Origin: Synechococcus sp.
GTDB lineage: Bacteria > Cyanobacteriota > Cyanobacteriia > Thermostichales > PCC-7336
Direction: 5' to 3'
DNA: 35,918 nucleotides
Assembly: GCA_051439425.1 (NCBI GenBank)
Contig: JBFRWD010000162.1
Location: forward strand, 1 to 35,918
Numbering within the stretch: position 1 is the first letter of the stretch; each line of letters opens with the position of its first letter. This document shows, in pieces, positions 1 to 9,391 of this stretch. The notes beneath the pieces are model-generated. The model searched no databases. It saw nothing but the letters and a program-made list of their open reading frames with translations, and was not told the origin of the DNA. A program made the position numbers and the translations under genes.

Positions 1-1379
1 GTATCAATACCGTCTCCACCGGTGAGGGTGTCATTCCCTTCACCGCCCACAAGCAGGTCATTGTCGTTGCCACCATTGAGAGAATCGTTACCGGCCCCAC
101 CGATGAGAGTGTCATCGCCGCCATAGCCATACTGTTGGGTCTCGCCTGTGAAGAACTTCGCCTTAATTTTCTGGGCGTTGTTGTTGCCAAAGAGGAGCAG
201 TTGTTCGATGCTGCTGAGGGTGTCGGTGCCTTCTCCCTGGACTTCGGTATCGCTTGCCACGATATTTCCTGACGAATTAATCTGGGCCGTATCAAAACCG
301 CTGCCACCAGACAACAGGTCGTCGCCGTCATAGCCACGCAGATAATCGTTGTTGTTGCCACCGTAGAGGCTGTCGTTATTGATGGTTCCGTAGAGGTTAT
401 CGTTGCCGCCGTAACCGTAGAGGCGGACGCGGCCACTGAAGCCGCTTGCGTTCATGGTTTGGTTGGCGTTACCACCATAGGCATAAACTCGCTCAACGTT
501 ACTGATGTTGTCAGTGCCCTGACCGGTGACCTGGGAGTTGGTGATTGAGACATTGCCAGTGGCATTGATGCTAACGATGTCGTTGTCGCCAGATCCACCA
601 TTCATAGAATCGTTACCGGCGCCGCCGACCAAGTAGTCGTTGCCACTACCGCCTAGCAAAGTATCGTTGCCGCTACCGCCGTAGAGGTTGTCGTTGCCGC
701 CACCACCGCTTACATAGAGGCGACCGCTGAAGCTGGAGCCGTTGAAGGTTTGGTTGTTGTTGCTGCCGTAAACATTGACTTGTTCAATGCTGGTAATGGA
801 GTCAGTCCCCTGGCCGGTGATTTGACTGTTGGTGATGATGGCATTGTTGTTGGCATTGATGGATGCGGTATCCGTGCCAGAACCGCCGTCGATAGAATCG
901 TTTCCGTTGCCGCCTCGAATGAAATCGTTACCGCTTCCACCGAGCAGGGTGTCATTGCCGTTGCCACCGTAGATAAAGTCATTGCCACCGTAGCCGTTGA
1001 TGTAGACAACACCATCGAAGTTGCTAGCATTAAGCGTTTGACTGCTTCCGTCTCCAAAGACGTTGACGCGCTCTATGTTGCTAATGCTGTCACTCCCTTG
1101 ACCGTAAATATTGGTGTTTGTGACAGTGGCGTTGCCAGATGCATTGATGGCAGCCGTATCGAAACCAGAACCACCATTCATGGTGTCGTTACCGGAGTCG
1201 CCGAACAGATAATCGTTGCCGCTACCTCCGGACATGAAATCGTTGCCCGTACCGCCGTTCATGAAATCGTTGCCGCCATAGCCGTAGAGGGTGTCGTTTC
1301 CACCTAGGCCGCTGATAGAATCGGCGCTACCGGTTCCGAGCAGAATATTGTTGTTGCCGTCGCCGTTGATGACTGCCAT
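1..1379 (-). CDS. RTX (hemolysin-type Ca2+-binding repeat) secreted protein, 3' end outside the window
   Basis: Manual translation from ATG at 1379 (GGAG RBS upstream): MAVINGDGNNNILLGTGSADSISGLGGNDTLYGYGGNDFMNGGTGNDFMSGGSGND..., with GGxGNDxL nonapeptides down to position 1. Absent from the ORF track, consistent with its stop lying outside the window. Confidence 0.92.
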   Translation of the reverse strand, partial: MAVINGDGNNNILLGTGSADSISGLGGNDTLYGYGGNDFMNGGTGNDFMSGGSGNDYLFGDSGNDTMNGGSGFDTAAINASGNATVTNTNIYGQGSDSISNIERVNVFGDGSSQTLNASNFDGVVYINGYGGNDFIYGGNGNDTLLGGSGNDFIRGGNGNDSIDGGSGTDTASINANNNAIITNSQITGQGTDSITSIEQVNVYGSNNNQTFNGSSFSGRLYVSGGGGNDNLYGGSGNDTLLGGSGNDYLVGGAGNDSMNGGSGDNDIVSINATGNVSITNSQVTGQGTDNISNVERVYAYGGNANQTMNASGFSGRVRLYGYGGNDNLYGTINNDSLYGGNNNDYLRGYDGDDLLSGGSGFDTAQINSSGNIVASDTEVQGEGTDTLSSIEQLLLFGNNNAQKIKAKFFTGETQQYGYGGDDTLIGGAGNDSLNGGNDNDLLVGGEGNDTLTGGDGID

Positions 1380-1480
1380 GGTTCAAGGTCTCCAGTCGCT
1401 GAATGGTTTTTTTGGAGAACCTCTTGTTGGGAAGAGATCCGTTATGAGTCGTTTATAAGGCTGGTCATAGGTGGCTCTCA

Positions 1481-1494
1481 GCGATCGCGATCGC
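1481..1494. repeat. HIP1 octamer GCGATCGC (two overlapping copies here; recurrent through the window)
   Basis: GCGATCGCGATCGC at 1481-1494; further copies at e.g. 2159, 3144, 4091, 4837, 5235 and many more. Hallmark of cyanobacterial genomes. Confidence 0.9.
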
Positions 1495-1741
1495 ACTCCT
1501 CCGCCCCACTAGGTATATGTGTAAAACTTTACAATGCCAAATGCACGCAAATCGACGTTTGTTATGCTTGTTTGCGTTTTTTATAGGTCGATTGACAGTT
1601 TTTGATATTTGGAACCATTTCGACTGAAGCGGTTGAGGCGCGATGGTTGTCACATTCATCCCATTCATCAGTAATCTGCATCGCCGGTACGACCATAGGT
1701 TTTTACAATGGGGACTACTTGGCCGTTACGTTTGAAAACCC

Positions 1742-4570
1742 GTGAGCGAAGCAAACTCTACTGGTGTTGACTACAAAAGCACCCTCAACCTGCCTCAAAC
1801 GCAATTTTCGATGCGGGCGAATGCGGCGCAAAAAGAGCCTGAAATTCAGAAGTATTGGGCAGATCGCGAGATTTACGAAACCCTCGCCACGGACAATGCT
1901 GGTGAGCCATTTGTCTTGCATGACGGCCCTCCCTACGCCAATGGCGACATCCACATGGGACACACCCTGAACAAAATTCTCAAGGATGTCATCAATAAGT
2001 ATCAGATGCTGCAGGGGCGCAAAGTCCGTTACGTGCCTGGTTGGGACTGTCACGGATTGCCCATCGAGCTCAAAGTGCTGCAAAGTATGGACCCCGAGCG
2101 GCGGGAAGCTCTGACACCAATTAAGTTGCGGTACAAGGCACGGGACTTTGCGAAAAAGGCGATCGCCCGTCAGATGTCTGGTTTCAAGCGCCTGGGGGTG
2201 TGGGGAGACTGGGAGCATCCTTATATGACGTTGCAGCCGGAATACGAAGCGGCCCAGATCGAAGTATTTGGCAAGATGGCCCTGAATGGCTACATCTATC
2301 GCGGCCTCAAGTCCGTCCACTGGAGCCCCAGTTCCCAGACTGCACTGGCAGAAGCGGAGCTGGAATATCCCGAAGGCCACAAGTCTCGCAGTATCTACGT
2401 TGCCTTCCCCATCCAAGAGCTAACCCCGGAAGCAGAGAAGCATTTGGGCGAGTTCATGCCCGGCTTGCGGGTAGCCATCTGGACAACGACACCGTGGACG
2501 ATTCCCGCCAACTTGGCACTGTGCTTCAATGGCGACCTCACTTACGCCGTGGTCGAGTCTGCCAGCTTCGGGCATTTCATCATTGCTGCCGACCTCAAAG
2601 ACAGCATGGAAGCCACCTTTGGTGAATCCTTGACCGTCAAAACCACCTTCCCCGGCAAGGTGATGGAGCGATGTACCGGTAAGCACCCCCTCTACGATCG
2701 CGTCAGCCTGTGCGTTTTGGGCGACTACGTCACCACCGAATCGGGAACCGGTATTGTTCATACCGCCCCCGGCCACGGTCAAGATGACTTCAATACCGGC
2801 AAAAAGTACGGTCTCGATATCCTGTCGCCTGTGGATGCTAACGGTAAGTTCACGGAAGAAGCAGGCGAGCGGTTTGTCGGGCTAGACGTACTTTCGACGG
2901 ATAAGGAAACAAGCGGTAATCAAGCATCGATTGACGCTCTGAAGGAAGTAGGGGCGTTGATGAAAGAGGAGGCTTACGGCCACAAGTATCCCTACGACTG
3001 GCGCACCAAGCAACCCACCATCTTCCGCGCTACTACTCAGTGGTTTGCTTCAGTCGAAGGATTCCGCGATGCTGCTCTGGACGCCATTAAAGAGGTGAAA
3101 TGGGTGCCTGCAGTTGGCGAAAATCGGATTACGCCCATGGTGAGCGATCGCTCCGATTGGTGCATCTCCCGTCAGCGCTCTTGGGGGGTTCCTATCCCCG
3201 TGTTCTATGACGAGGAAACGGGCGAAGAACTACTGAACGAAGCCACCATCAACCACGTGCGGGACATCTTCCGCGACCAGGGATCGGATGCCTGGTGGAA
3301 GCTATCCGTGGAGGAGCTGCTGCCCGAAGAGTACCGAGATAACGGTCGTACTTACACCAAAGGTACCGACACGATGGACGTGTGGTTTGATTCCGGTTCT
3401 TCGTGGGCGTCGGTGGCTAACCAGCGGGATGAATTGCAATATCCGGTCGATCTCTACCTAGAAGGGTCCGATCAACACCGGGGCTGGTTCCAGTCCAGTT
3501 TGCTCACCTCGGTGGCTGTGAACAACTGCGCTCCTTACAAATCAGTGCTGACCCACGGATTTGTGCTGGATGAAAAGGGGCAAAAGATGAGTAAGTCTCT
3601 CGGCAACGTGGTCGATCCGTTGGTGATCATCAACGGCGGCAAGAACCTTAAAAAAGAGCCCGCCTACGGTGCGGACGTGCTCCGTCTGTGGGTATCCAGC
3701 GTCGATTACAGCGGCGATGTGCCCATCGGCAAAACCATCATTAGCCAAATGTCCGACGTCTACCGCAAGGTACGCAACACGGCTCGCTTCTTGCTCAGCA
3801 ATCTGTACGACTTTAATCCAGCGACTGATGCGGTTGCTTACGATAACCTATCCGAACTCGATCGCTATATCCTGCACCGTCACCGCGAAGTGTGCCTGGA
3901 AATCACCGATGCATTCGAAACCTACCAGTTCTTCCGCTTCTTCCAGGCGGTACAAAACTTCTGCGTGGTTGACCTGTCCAACTTCTACTTAGATATCGGC
4001 AAAGATCGTCTCTACATCAGCGCTCCGAATGTGGAGCGTCGACGCCAATGCCAAACGGTGCTGGCTCTGATTCTGGAAAATCTGACCAAAGCGATCGCCC
4101 CCGTTCTCTCCCACATGGCGGAGGATATCTGGAAGCATTTGCCCTACGAGATGCCCCAAGAATCGGTTTTCCAGGCTGGTTGGCTAAATGTGCCCGAGCA
4201 ATGGAATCAGTCCGATTTGGCGGAGGATTGGGTGCTGTTACGCCAGGTTCGGGATGAGGTGAACAAGGCTCTTGAAGCAGCCCGCAGCGACAAGCTGATT
4301 GGCGCTTCTGCCGAAGCGAAGGTGCTACTTACGATTGGGGATAGTCATCTGTACGAGTTGTTGAGCGATCGTGCGGATTTCTTACGCTACCTGTTCATCA
4401 CCTCCCAAGTGGAACTATTCCAAGGGGGTAGGGGGATTGAGGTTGAAGTCCAGAAGGCAGAGGGCACCAAGTGCGTCCGCTGCTGGAACTATTCGACTAG
4501 AGTGGGAGAGTTCAGCGACCACCCCGATCTGTGCGAGCGTTGTGTCGATGCTCTGGACGGTTCTTTTTAG
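1742..4570 (+). CDS. ileS: Isoleucine--tRNA ligase (bacterial type 1)
   Basis: YKSTLNLPQT N-terminus, HDGPPYANGDIHMGH (HIGH), GWDCHGLP, WCISRQRSWG, EGSDQHRGWF, KMSKS, C-terminal Zn site CVRCW...CERC. Confidence 0.99.
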   Translation: MSEANSTGVDYKSTLNLPQTQFSMRANAAQKEPEIQKYWADREIYETLATDNAGEPFVLHDGPPYANGDIHMGHTLNKILKDVINKYQMLQGRKVRYVPGWDCHGLPIELKVLQSMDPERREALTPIKLRYKARDFAKKAIARQMSGFKRLGVWGDWEHPYMTLQPEYEAAQIEVFGKMALNGYIYRGLKSVHWSPSSQTALAEAELEYPEGHKSRSIYVAFPIQELTPEAEKHLGEFMPGLRVAIWTTTPWTIPANLALCFNGDLTYAVVESASFGHFIIAADLKDSMEATFGESLTVKTTFPGKVMERCTGKHPLYDRVSLCVLGDYVTTESGTGIVHTAPGHGQDDFNTGKKYGLDILSPVDANGKFTEEAGERFVGLDVLSTDKETSGNQASIDALKEVGALMKEEAYGHKYPYDWRTKQPTIFRATTQWFASVEGFRDAALDAIKEVKWVPAVGENRITPMVSDRSDWCISRQRSWGVPIPVFYDEETGEELLNEATINHVRDIFRDQGSDAWWKLSVEELLPEEYRDNGRTYTKGTDTMDVWFDSGSSWASVANQRDELQYPVDLYLEGSDQHRGWFQSSLLTSVAVNNCAPYKSVLTHGFVLDEKGQKMSKSLGNVVDPLVIINGGKNLKKEPAYGADVLRLWVSSVDYSGDVPIGKTIISQMSDVYRKVRNTARFLLSNLYDFNPATDAVAYDNLSELDRYILHRHREVCLEITDAFETYQFFRFFQAVQNFCVVDLSNFYLDIGKDRLYISAPNVERRRQCQTVLALILENLTKAIAPVLSHMAEDIWKHLPYEMPQESVFQAGWLNVPEQWNQSDLAEDWVLLRQVRDEVNKALEAARSDKLIGASAEAKVLLTIGDSHLYELLSDRADFLRYLFITSQVELFQGGRGIEVEVQKAEGTKCVRCWNYSTRVGEFSDHPDLCERCVDALDGSF

Positions 4571-4592
4571 CTTGGTACTGTCCCCACGCTGT

Positions 4593-4910
4593 CTATCCAT
4601 CTAAGGCAGATCGGCTTGGTACCCGTCGATGTTGGTGCCAAAGATCATCAATAGCGTTTCGATGGAGATGCCCGATCGTACTCTGTGTGGCTGACGTATC
4701 GAACAGAGCCACCTTCGCCAACGTGAGGTTAGCTCTGCAATATTCATCAGACATTTCCGATTTGTCGATGAATGTGTCCGATTGCTCCGAATTTGTGGAA
4801 ATCATCGGTCTATAGTGCTGTCTTGGTGCTGGATTGGCGATCGCCAGTTCGATTCGAGTCCTGCTATCTGTCTGCTGCTGATATTCCTGCAGCAGCGTAA
4901 CCCAATCCAC
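4593..4910 (-). CDS. Hypothetical protein (uncertain)
   Basis: 105-aa ORF filling the ileS-vanZ gap; no recognisable motif. Confidence 0.3.
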   Translation of the reverse strand: MDWVTLLQEYQQQTDSRTRIELAIANPAPRQHYRPMISTNSEQSDTFIDKSEMSDEYCRANLTLAKVALFDTSATQSTIGHLHRNAIDDLWHQHRRVPSRSALDG

Positions 4911-4937
4911 AGCACTTGCGGTTTACCCATTTCCCCC

Positions 4938-5390
4938 ATGAAAGCTCCCAGCAATCCACGCTCCGAGAGCGTCAACTTAACCCTGACCGTTTTAGCAGTC
5001 TCAGCCACGCTCATCACCATATTGTTGTGCTCTCTCCCCAACAGCACCATCGAGCCACTGTACGATCTGCTGAGAATGGTGGTGCGAGCATTTGTGGGAG
5101 GTGGACGAGGTCACGGTGGAGATTCCCCGATCTCGACCGACAAGCTGGCTCACTTTGGTGTGTTTGCCATTGTCTCTGCATTGTGGATGCTGCGGTTCCG
5201 GTCTCCTAAGGCCAATTTTTGGGTGTTGATTGGGGCGATCGCATTGGGCGCTGGTATCGAACTCGAGCAGGGGTTGTGGTTAGAAGGTCGTTCTGCCGAT
5301 TTGTGGGATTTGATGGCGGATACGGTGGGAGCGCTGTTTGGCATTAATTGCGTAGGTCTTTATCGATATGTGATGTGGAACCGGCAGTAA
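4938..5390 (+). CDS. VanZ-family membrane protein
   Basis: DKLAHFGVF, GIELEQ...GRSADLWDLMADTVG motifs with TM segments; start moved to ATG 4938. Confidence 0.85.
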   Translation: MKAPSNPRSESVNLTLTVLAVSATLITILLCSLPNSTIEPLYDLLRMVVRAFVGGGRGHGGDSPISTDKLAHFGVFAIVSALWMLRFRSPKANFWVLIGAIALGAGIELEQGLWLEGRSADLWDLMADTVGALFGINCVGLYRYVMWNRQ

Positions 5391-5437
5391 CAGTCTCGGC
5401 AACGCTAATGGCAGTCTGTTTTTATCCCATTATCTAG

Positions 5438-6043
5438 CTAGTGGTTGGGCTCGCCGAACGTTTGCTCCCTGCCGTGGTCGAATGCCCAGGGCTCGTCCTC
5501 TACATCGGGGTCGGGGGAAGGATCAGGAGTGTCATATTCATCGTCGTAAGCATCTGGATCGGTGAACTCAACAGTTTGACCCATTACACGCATTGCTAAT
5601 TCGCTTTCGTGCTGCCTTTCTGGAAACAATACTTCCAGCAGAAAATCGAGCGTGCGTTGAGTAATCCAACCGTGCATGACTGCCAGCGAGCCCAAACGCA
5701 CGCCACATTGTCGTTGTTCTTTCAGCAAATTCTCCACCTGTTCGGTCGTCAGCAGGTGGGCCAAAGTGAGGTACTCTCCAATTGGGAGGCGGGAGGGCGT
5801 TGTGGCCAACTTTGGCAGGATATCGACAAAGAAATCTGTGGTTTCTTGCGCGACCCAACCCCGCATCGCCAGAATTTCTCCAGTTCTATACTGGTCATCG
5901 GACATATTTTTATCCAGCAGAGCGACTTGTACTTTGGCCTCTGAGAGCAGCCCGGCTGCCACCAAAAGCTCACCGATTTTCAGCTCTGCAATGTTGGGCA
6001 CTGCATTCATGATGGCGTTGAGATAGTGAAAACCTGAATCCAT
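5438..6043 (-). CDS. Stand-alone protein with tandem MshEN-like (putative c-di-GMP-binding) repeats and an acidic tail
   Basis: Four RLGxxLxxxGxx-type motifs: KIGELLVAAGLLS, RTGEILAMRGWV, PIGEYLTLAHLLT..Q, RLGSLAVMHGWIT. Confidence 0.75.
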   Translation of the reverse strand: MDSGFHYLNAIMNAVPNIAELKIGELLVAAGLLSEAKVQVALLDKNMSDDQYRTGEILAMRGWVAQETTDFFVDILPKLATTPSRLPIGEYLTLAHLLTTEQVENLLKEQRQCGVRLGSLAVMHGWITQRTLDFLLEVLFPERQHESELAMRVMGQTVEFTDPDAYDDEYDTPDPSPDPDVEDEPWAFDHGREQTFGEPNH

Positions 6044-6284
6044 CGAGAAAGGCGAGGTGAGTTTTAGATTTAATAACTAGTATAGATTTTCCGGCTCATA
6101 CTTTGCCATATGTAACGAAAAACCTATACGAGTAGCATCAAGGCGCACCGGGTTCTGCTGCCCAGAGATTGCTTTAGTTGATTGCTGAGATAGGCAGGTT
6201 ACCGGAATGGACAGCGGCAAAGCTAGGTAGACTGCCGACCGTTACAATAGGTGTCCGACTTGCACCACATTGCTATCAACACTT

Positions 6285-7307
6285 GTGTCCAACCATTTAT
6301 CGCTTGCCGAGTTTTTAGATGCTCCTGGCCCGATTTTAGACGTGCGCAGTCCGGGGGAATTTGAGCAAGCCCACATTCCAGGAGCTATCAGTTTTCCCTT
6401 ATTTAGTAACGAAGAACGGGCGGTTGTTGGTACCTGTTACAAGCGCAAGGGGCGAGAACAGGCGGTAGAGCTGGGTTTGGAGATTGTGGGGCCAAAGCTG
6501 GCGGGATTTGCGAAGCGGGCTAAGCCGCTAGCTGTCGATCGCAACGTTCGCATTCATTGCTGGCGGGGAGGGATGCGTAGTGGGTCTATGGCCTGGTTGC
6601 TGCAGACTGCAGGCCTGGATGTGTCTGTGCTGGCTGGCGGATACAAGGCCTTTCGGCGCTGGTGCTTGCAGCAATTGGAGCTGCCTCGCAAGGTTGTGTT
6701 GTTAGGGGGGATGACAGGTTCTGGAAAAACCTACATTCTGCAAGCGTTGGCCGAACGCGGCGAACAAACCATCGATCTGGAAGGGTTGGCTAACCATCGA
6801 GGCAGTAGCTATGGGGCTCTTGGATTACCCGATCAGCCTTCAACGGAACAGTTTGAGAATAAGTTAGCCCTGGAATGGCAACAGCTAGACCCCGATCGCC
6901 GAGTGTGGCTGGAGGCGGAAAGTCGCAATGTCGGGTGCTGCCGTATTCCGGTAGGTGTCTTTCATCAGATGGAAGCCGCGCCCGTGTTTCGCGTACAGCG
7001 ATCGCGTCAGGAACGCGTCGAGACCATCTCCAAAATGTATGGCGAAGCAGATTTAGAAGGGCTGATGGCTGCGACCCAGCGAATTAAGAAGCGTTTGGGA
7101 AGCGAGCGAACTCAGCAGGCGATCGCTCATTTGGAGCAAGGCGATACTGTTGCGGCGATCGAGCTGATTTTGCCCTATTACGACAAAACCTACACCTACG
7201 ACTTGGAGCGGCGTGATAGTGCCAGCGTGGAGGTGGATATCATTGGGATGACGCCTGCAAATAGTGCAGCCGCGCTCGTCCAGCAAGCGAATACCCTATC
7301 GCTTTAA
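6285..7307 (+). CDS. mnmH: tRNA 2-selenouridine(34) synthase / geranyltransferase
   Basis: Rhodanese domain (DVRSPGEF..AHIPGA, HCWRGGMRS) plus P-loop GMTGSGKT and DLEGLANHRGS; GTG 6285 is the likely start. Confidence 0.95.
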   Translation: MSNHLSLAEFLDAPGPILDVRSPGEFEQAHIPGAISFPLFSNEERAVVGTCYKRKGREQAVELGLEIVGPKLAGFAKRAKPLAVDRNVRIHCWRGGMRSGSMAWLLQTAGLDVSVLAGGYKAFRRWCLQQLELPRKVVLLGGMTGSGKTYILQALAERGEQTIDLEGLANHRGSSYGALGLPDQPSTEQFENKLALEWQQLDPDRRVWLEAESRNVGCCRIPVGVFHQMEAAPVFRVQRSRQERVETISKMYGEADLEGLMAATQRIKKRLGSERTQQAIAHLEQGDTVAAIELILPYYDKTYTYDLERRDSASVEVDIIGMTPANSAAALVQQANTLSL

Positions 7308-7343
7308 GTACTGGCAATCACTACCGATACTTGGGAGCTAGAA

Positions 7344-7793
7344 ATGACTGCCGATCGCACTCCCCCAATGGTTGAAGCGGATGTAGATAGTGCCGCTGAA
7401 ATTACAACAGTCCGCCCGGATTCAGAAACGTTTACTCGGCAGAAGTTGCCTTACTTTGTGGGGATCTCTGCTGATACTGTAGGTGCGCGGGGATTGTCCA
7501 TGAACTTGGTGGTGATTCCTCCAGGAGGTTCGGCAGAGCCCCATTTTCATCGCGACTACGAAACCGCGATCTATATCTTGGAAGGGCGAGTGAAGACACT
7601 CTACGGAGAGGGGTTGACGCGATCGCAAATTAACGAAACAGGCGATTTCCTGTTCATCCCTCCTGGCGTCCCTCATCAACCGTTTAACCTCAGCCATACG
7701 GATGCTGCGAGGGCGATTGTGTCCCGTAACGATCCAAACGAGCAGGAAAACGTAGTTCTTTACGAACCAACTGAAGGGCATACCGACACATGA
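7344..7793 (+). CDS. Cupin domain protein
   Basis: PPGGSAEPHFH..YETAIYILEG and GDFLFIPPGVPHQP cupin motifs. Confidence 0.9.
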   Translation: MTADRTPPMVEADVDSAAEITTVRPDSETFTRQKLPYFVGISADTVGARGLSMNLVVIPPGGSAEPHFHRDYETAIYILEGRVKTLYGEGLTRSQINETGDFLFIPPGVPHQPFNLSHTDAARAIVSRNDPNEQENVVLYEPTEGHTDT

Positions 7794-7846
7794 CGTCAAT
7801 CGAAGATTGTCAACAATGATAGATAGAAAACCATCGGTGAAATGAC

Positions 7847-8245
7847 ATGGATAAGAAAGTGGCTGCTTTTCTCGAACGCTATGCTGCTGGAGAGCGAGAC
7901 TTTTGTGGCATCAATTTGCGAGGAGCAGACCTGAGCGAAGCTATTCTGAGCGATAGCGACTTGGGTGGTGCGGTTCTGAAAGGGGCAGAGTTGATGGGGG
8001 CTGATTTAAGTCAAACCTGCTTGAAACAATCCAATTTGCGAGGGGCAGATTTGAGTGGAGCACTGCTAAATGACTGCAATCTTGAAGGCGCAGACCTGCG
8101 GGGATGCGAGCTGATGGGGGCGGATCTGAGAGGGGCCAACCTGTTAGGAGCTCGACTGGACGCCGCAGATTACGATCGCTTTACCCGCTTCGATACCGCC
8201 GTTGACCCTAACCGCTTGGGGCTGATCGAGGTGGTGCACCACTAA
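7847..8245 (+). CDS. Pentapeptide repeat protein
   Basis: YAAGERDF N-cap followed by A(D/N)LxG pentapeptide repeats. Confidence 0.93.
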   Translation: MDKKVAAFLERYAAGERDFCGINLRGADLSEAILSDSDLGGAVLKGAELMGADLSQTCLKQSNLRGADLSGALLNDCNLEGADLRGCELMGADLRGANLLGARLDAADYDRFTRFDTAVDPNRLGLIEVVHH

Positions 8246-8267
8246 TAGAGGTTTTGGTAGAAGCAAA

Positions 8268-8774
8268 TTAGCTCGTGAAATCGGGTAAAACGCCAAGGTT
8301 TTTGGTCGCTCGTTGCAATTGAGGATCGGGTGTTGAACGAACAGCGGCAATAGATGCGATGTATCGCTCTGGGAATTGGTGCAGCTTGGCTCCAGCGATG
8401 ACGAGCTGTTTGTACCAATGGAAGGGGGTCAAGTTTGGATCGATGTACTGAGCTTGAGCAATATAACCAAAGGCTTGTAGCGTAGCTGTTGCAGTCGCAA
8501 CAGACAGAATTTCGCGATCGTAACCCGCCCCTAACGCCTCAAATTTGTCAAGTGTGGGGATGTCCCGTTGGTCTAGCCGATACAAGGCACCAAATACTGT
8601 TGATTCTGGGGTTTTAGCGAGGAGAGCATCGCATTTCGCCGAGCCATCTTTTCCGATTTTGTGAAAGACCAATTGGCGACCCCGAATGCATCCGGTTGTT
8701 ATGAATTGCGCCGATGGGGTGCGATCGCGTAACCGGGCGGGGTGAAGGTTAGAGCCATACGCAAAATAAAGCAT
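8268..8774 (-). CDS. Gamma-glutamylcyclotransferase family protein
   Basis: YFAYGSNL N-terminal motif, LDKFE..G..Y, and PFHWYK..VIAGA. Confidence 0.9.
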   Translation of the reverse strand: MLYFAYGSNLHPARLRDRTPSAQFITTGCIRGRQLVFHKIGKDGSAKCDALLAKTPESTVFGALYRLDQRDIPTLDKFEALGAGYDREILSVATATATLQAFGYIAQAQYIDPNLTPFHWYKQLVIAGAKLHQFPERYIASIAAVRSTPDPQLQRATKNLGVLPDFTS

Positions 8775-8775
8775 G

Positions 8776-9252
8776 TTAGCGCTCGGTGCTGTCTGATGAA
8801 TTTTGTGACCAGTATTCCTTCAATGCAACAGTAATTAATTGGCGATCGTACTCGTAGCAATCGCTGGCCAAGCACCACCCTAGAAATAATGCGATTACCG
8901 ACTTCTGCGGATCGGTCAGTGTTGCCAGCTTTTGCCGTTTGTAATCATCTAAGCCAGTGAGATGGAAGACGAGTTGATCGAACTTGCCATCTATTTCTGC
9001 CAATAAAAACGCTGGCAAGTGAAACCGCATACCGTCAGCATCAAAAAAGCAGAGACTGGAATAACAGCGCCCGAGATCGTTGTGTGAGATGGCCTGCCAA
9101 TCGGATGTCTCATCATCTCGTCGTTTTTCCGCTCGGACGAAGTCGGTTTCGTAGTCATCAATTGCCTGAGCTTCCCACAGGCCAATCCCATCTCCAAGCG
9201 TTACCCCCTTGAATGCATTGGAGATCGCTACCTTTAGTTCTTCAGCATCCAT
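8776..9252 (-). CDS. Hypothetical protein (DUF6714-like)
   Basis: AFKGVTLGDGIGLWEAQAIDDY and LCFFDADGMRFHLPAF resemble DUF6714 (from recall); 1-nt gap to the GGCT gene. Confidence 0.7.
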   Translation of the reverse strand: MDAEELKVAISNAFKGVTLGDGIGLWEAQAIDDYETDFVRAEKRRDDETSDWQAISHNDLGRCYSSLCFFDADGMRFHLPAFLLAEIDGKFDQLVFHLTGLDDYKRQKLATLTDPQKSVIALFLGWCLASDCYEYDRQLITVALKEYWSQNSSDSTER

Positions 9253-9323
9253 ATTCGATGGCGACCAACGTTTTGTGAGGTTAACCTCGGAGGACTAATT
9301 GCGATCGTAAATCCAGCTTCTGT

Positions 9324-9374
9324 AGACATGCAAGATGGGTGAAGAAACGTCATTCTTTCTCCATTTGCATGTCT
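9324..9374. terminator. Long stem-loop downstream of the Spy/CpxP gene
   Basis: AGACATGCAA(9324-9333)/TTGCATGTCT(9365-9374) with inner ATGG/CCAT and GAAGAA/TTCTTT pairing. Confidence 0.55.
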
Positions 9375-9391
9375 CAGCCAGATAAATAGTT

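Noticed and set aside
710..1307. ORF-track calls 710-1057(-) and 750-1307(+)
   Set aside because: Alternative-frame and antisense shadows of the repetitive RTX gene.
1715..2416. 233-aa antisense ORF and other ORFs inside ileS
   Set aside because: Shadow ORFs of a highly conserved gene; no motifs.
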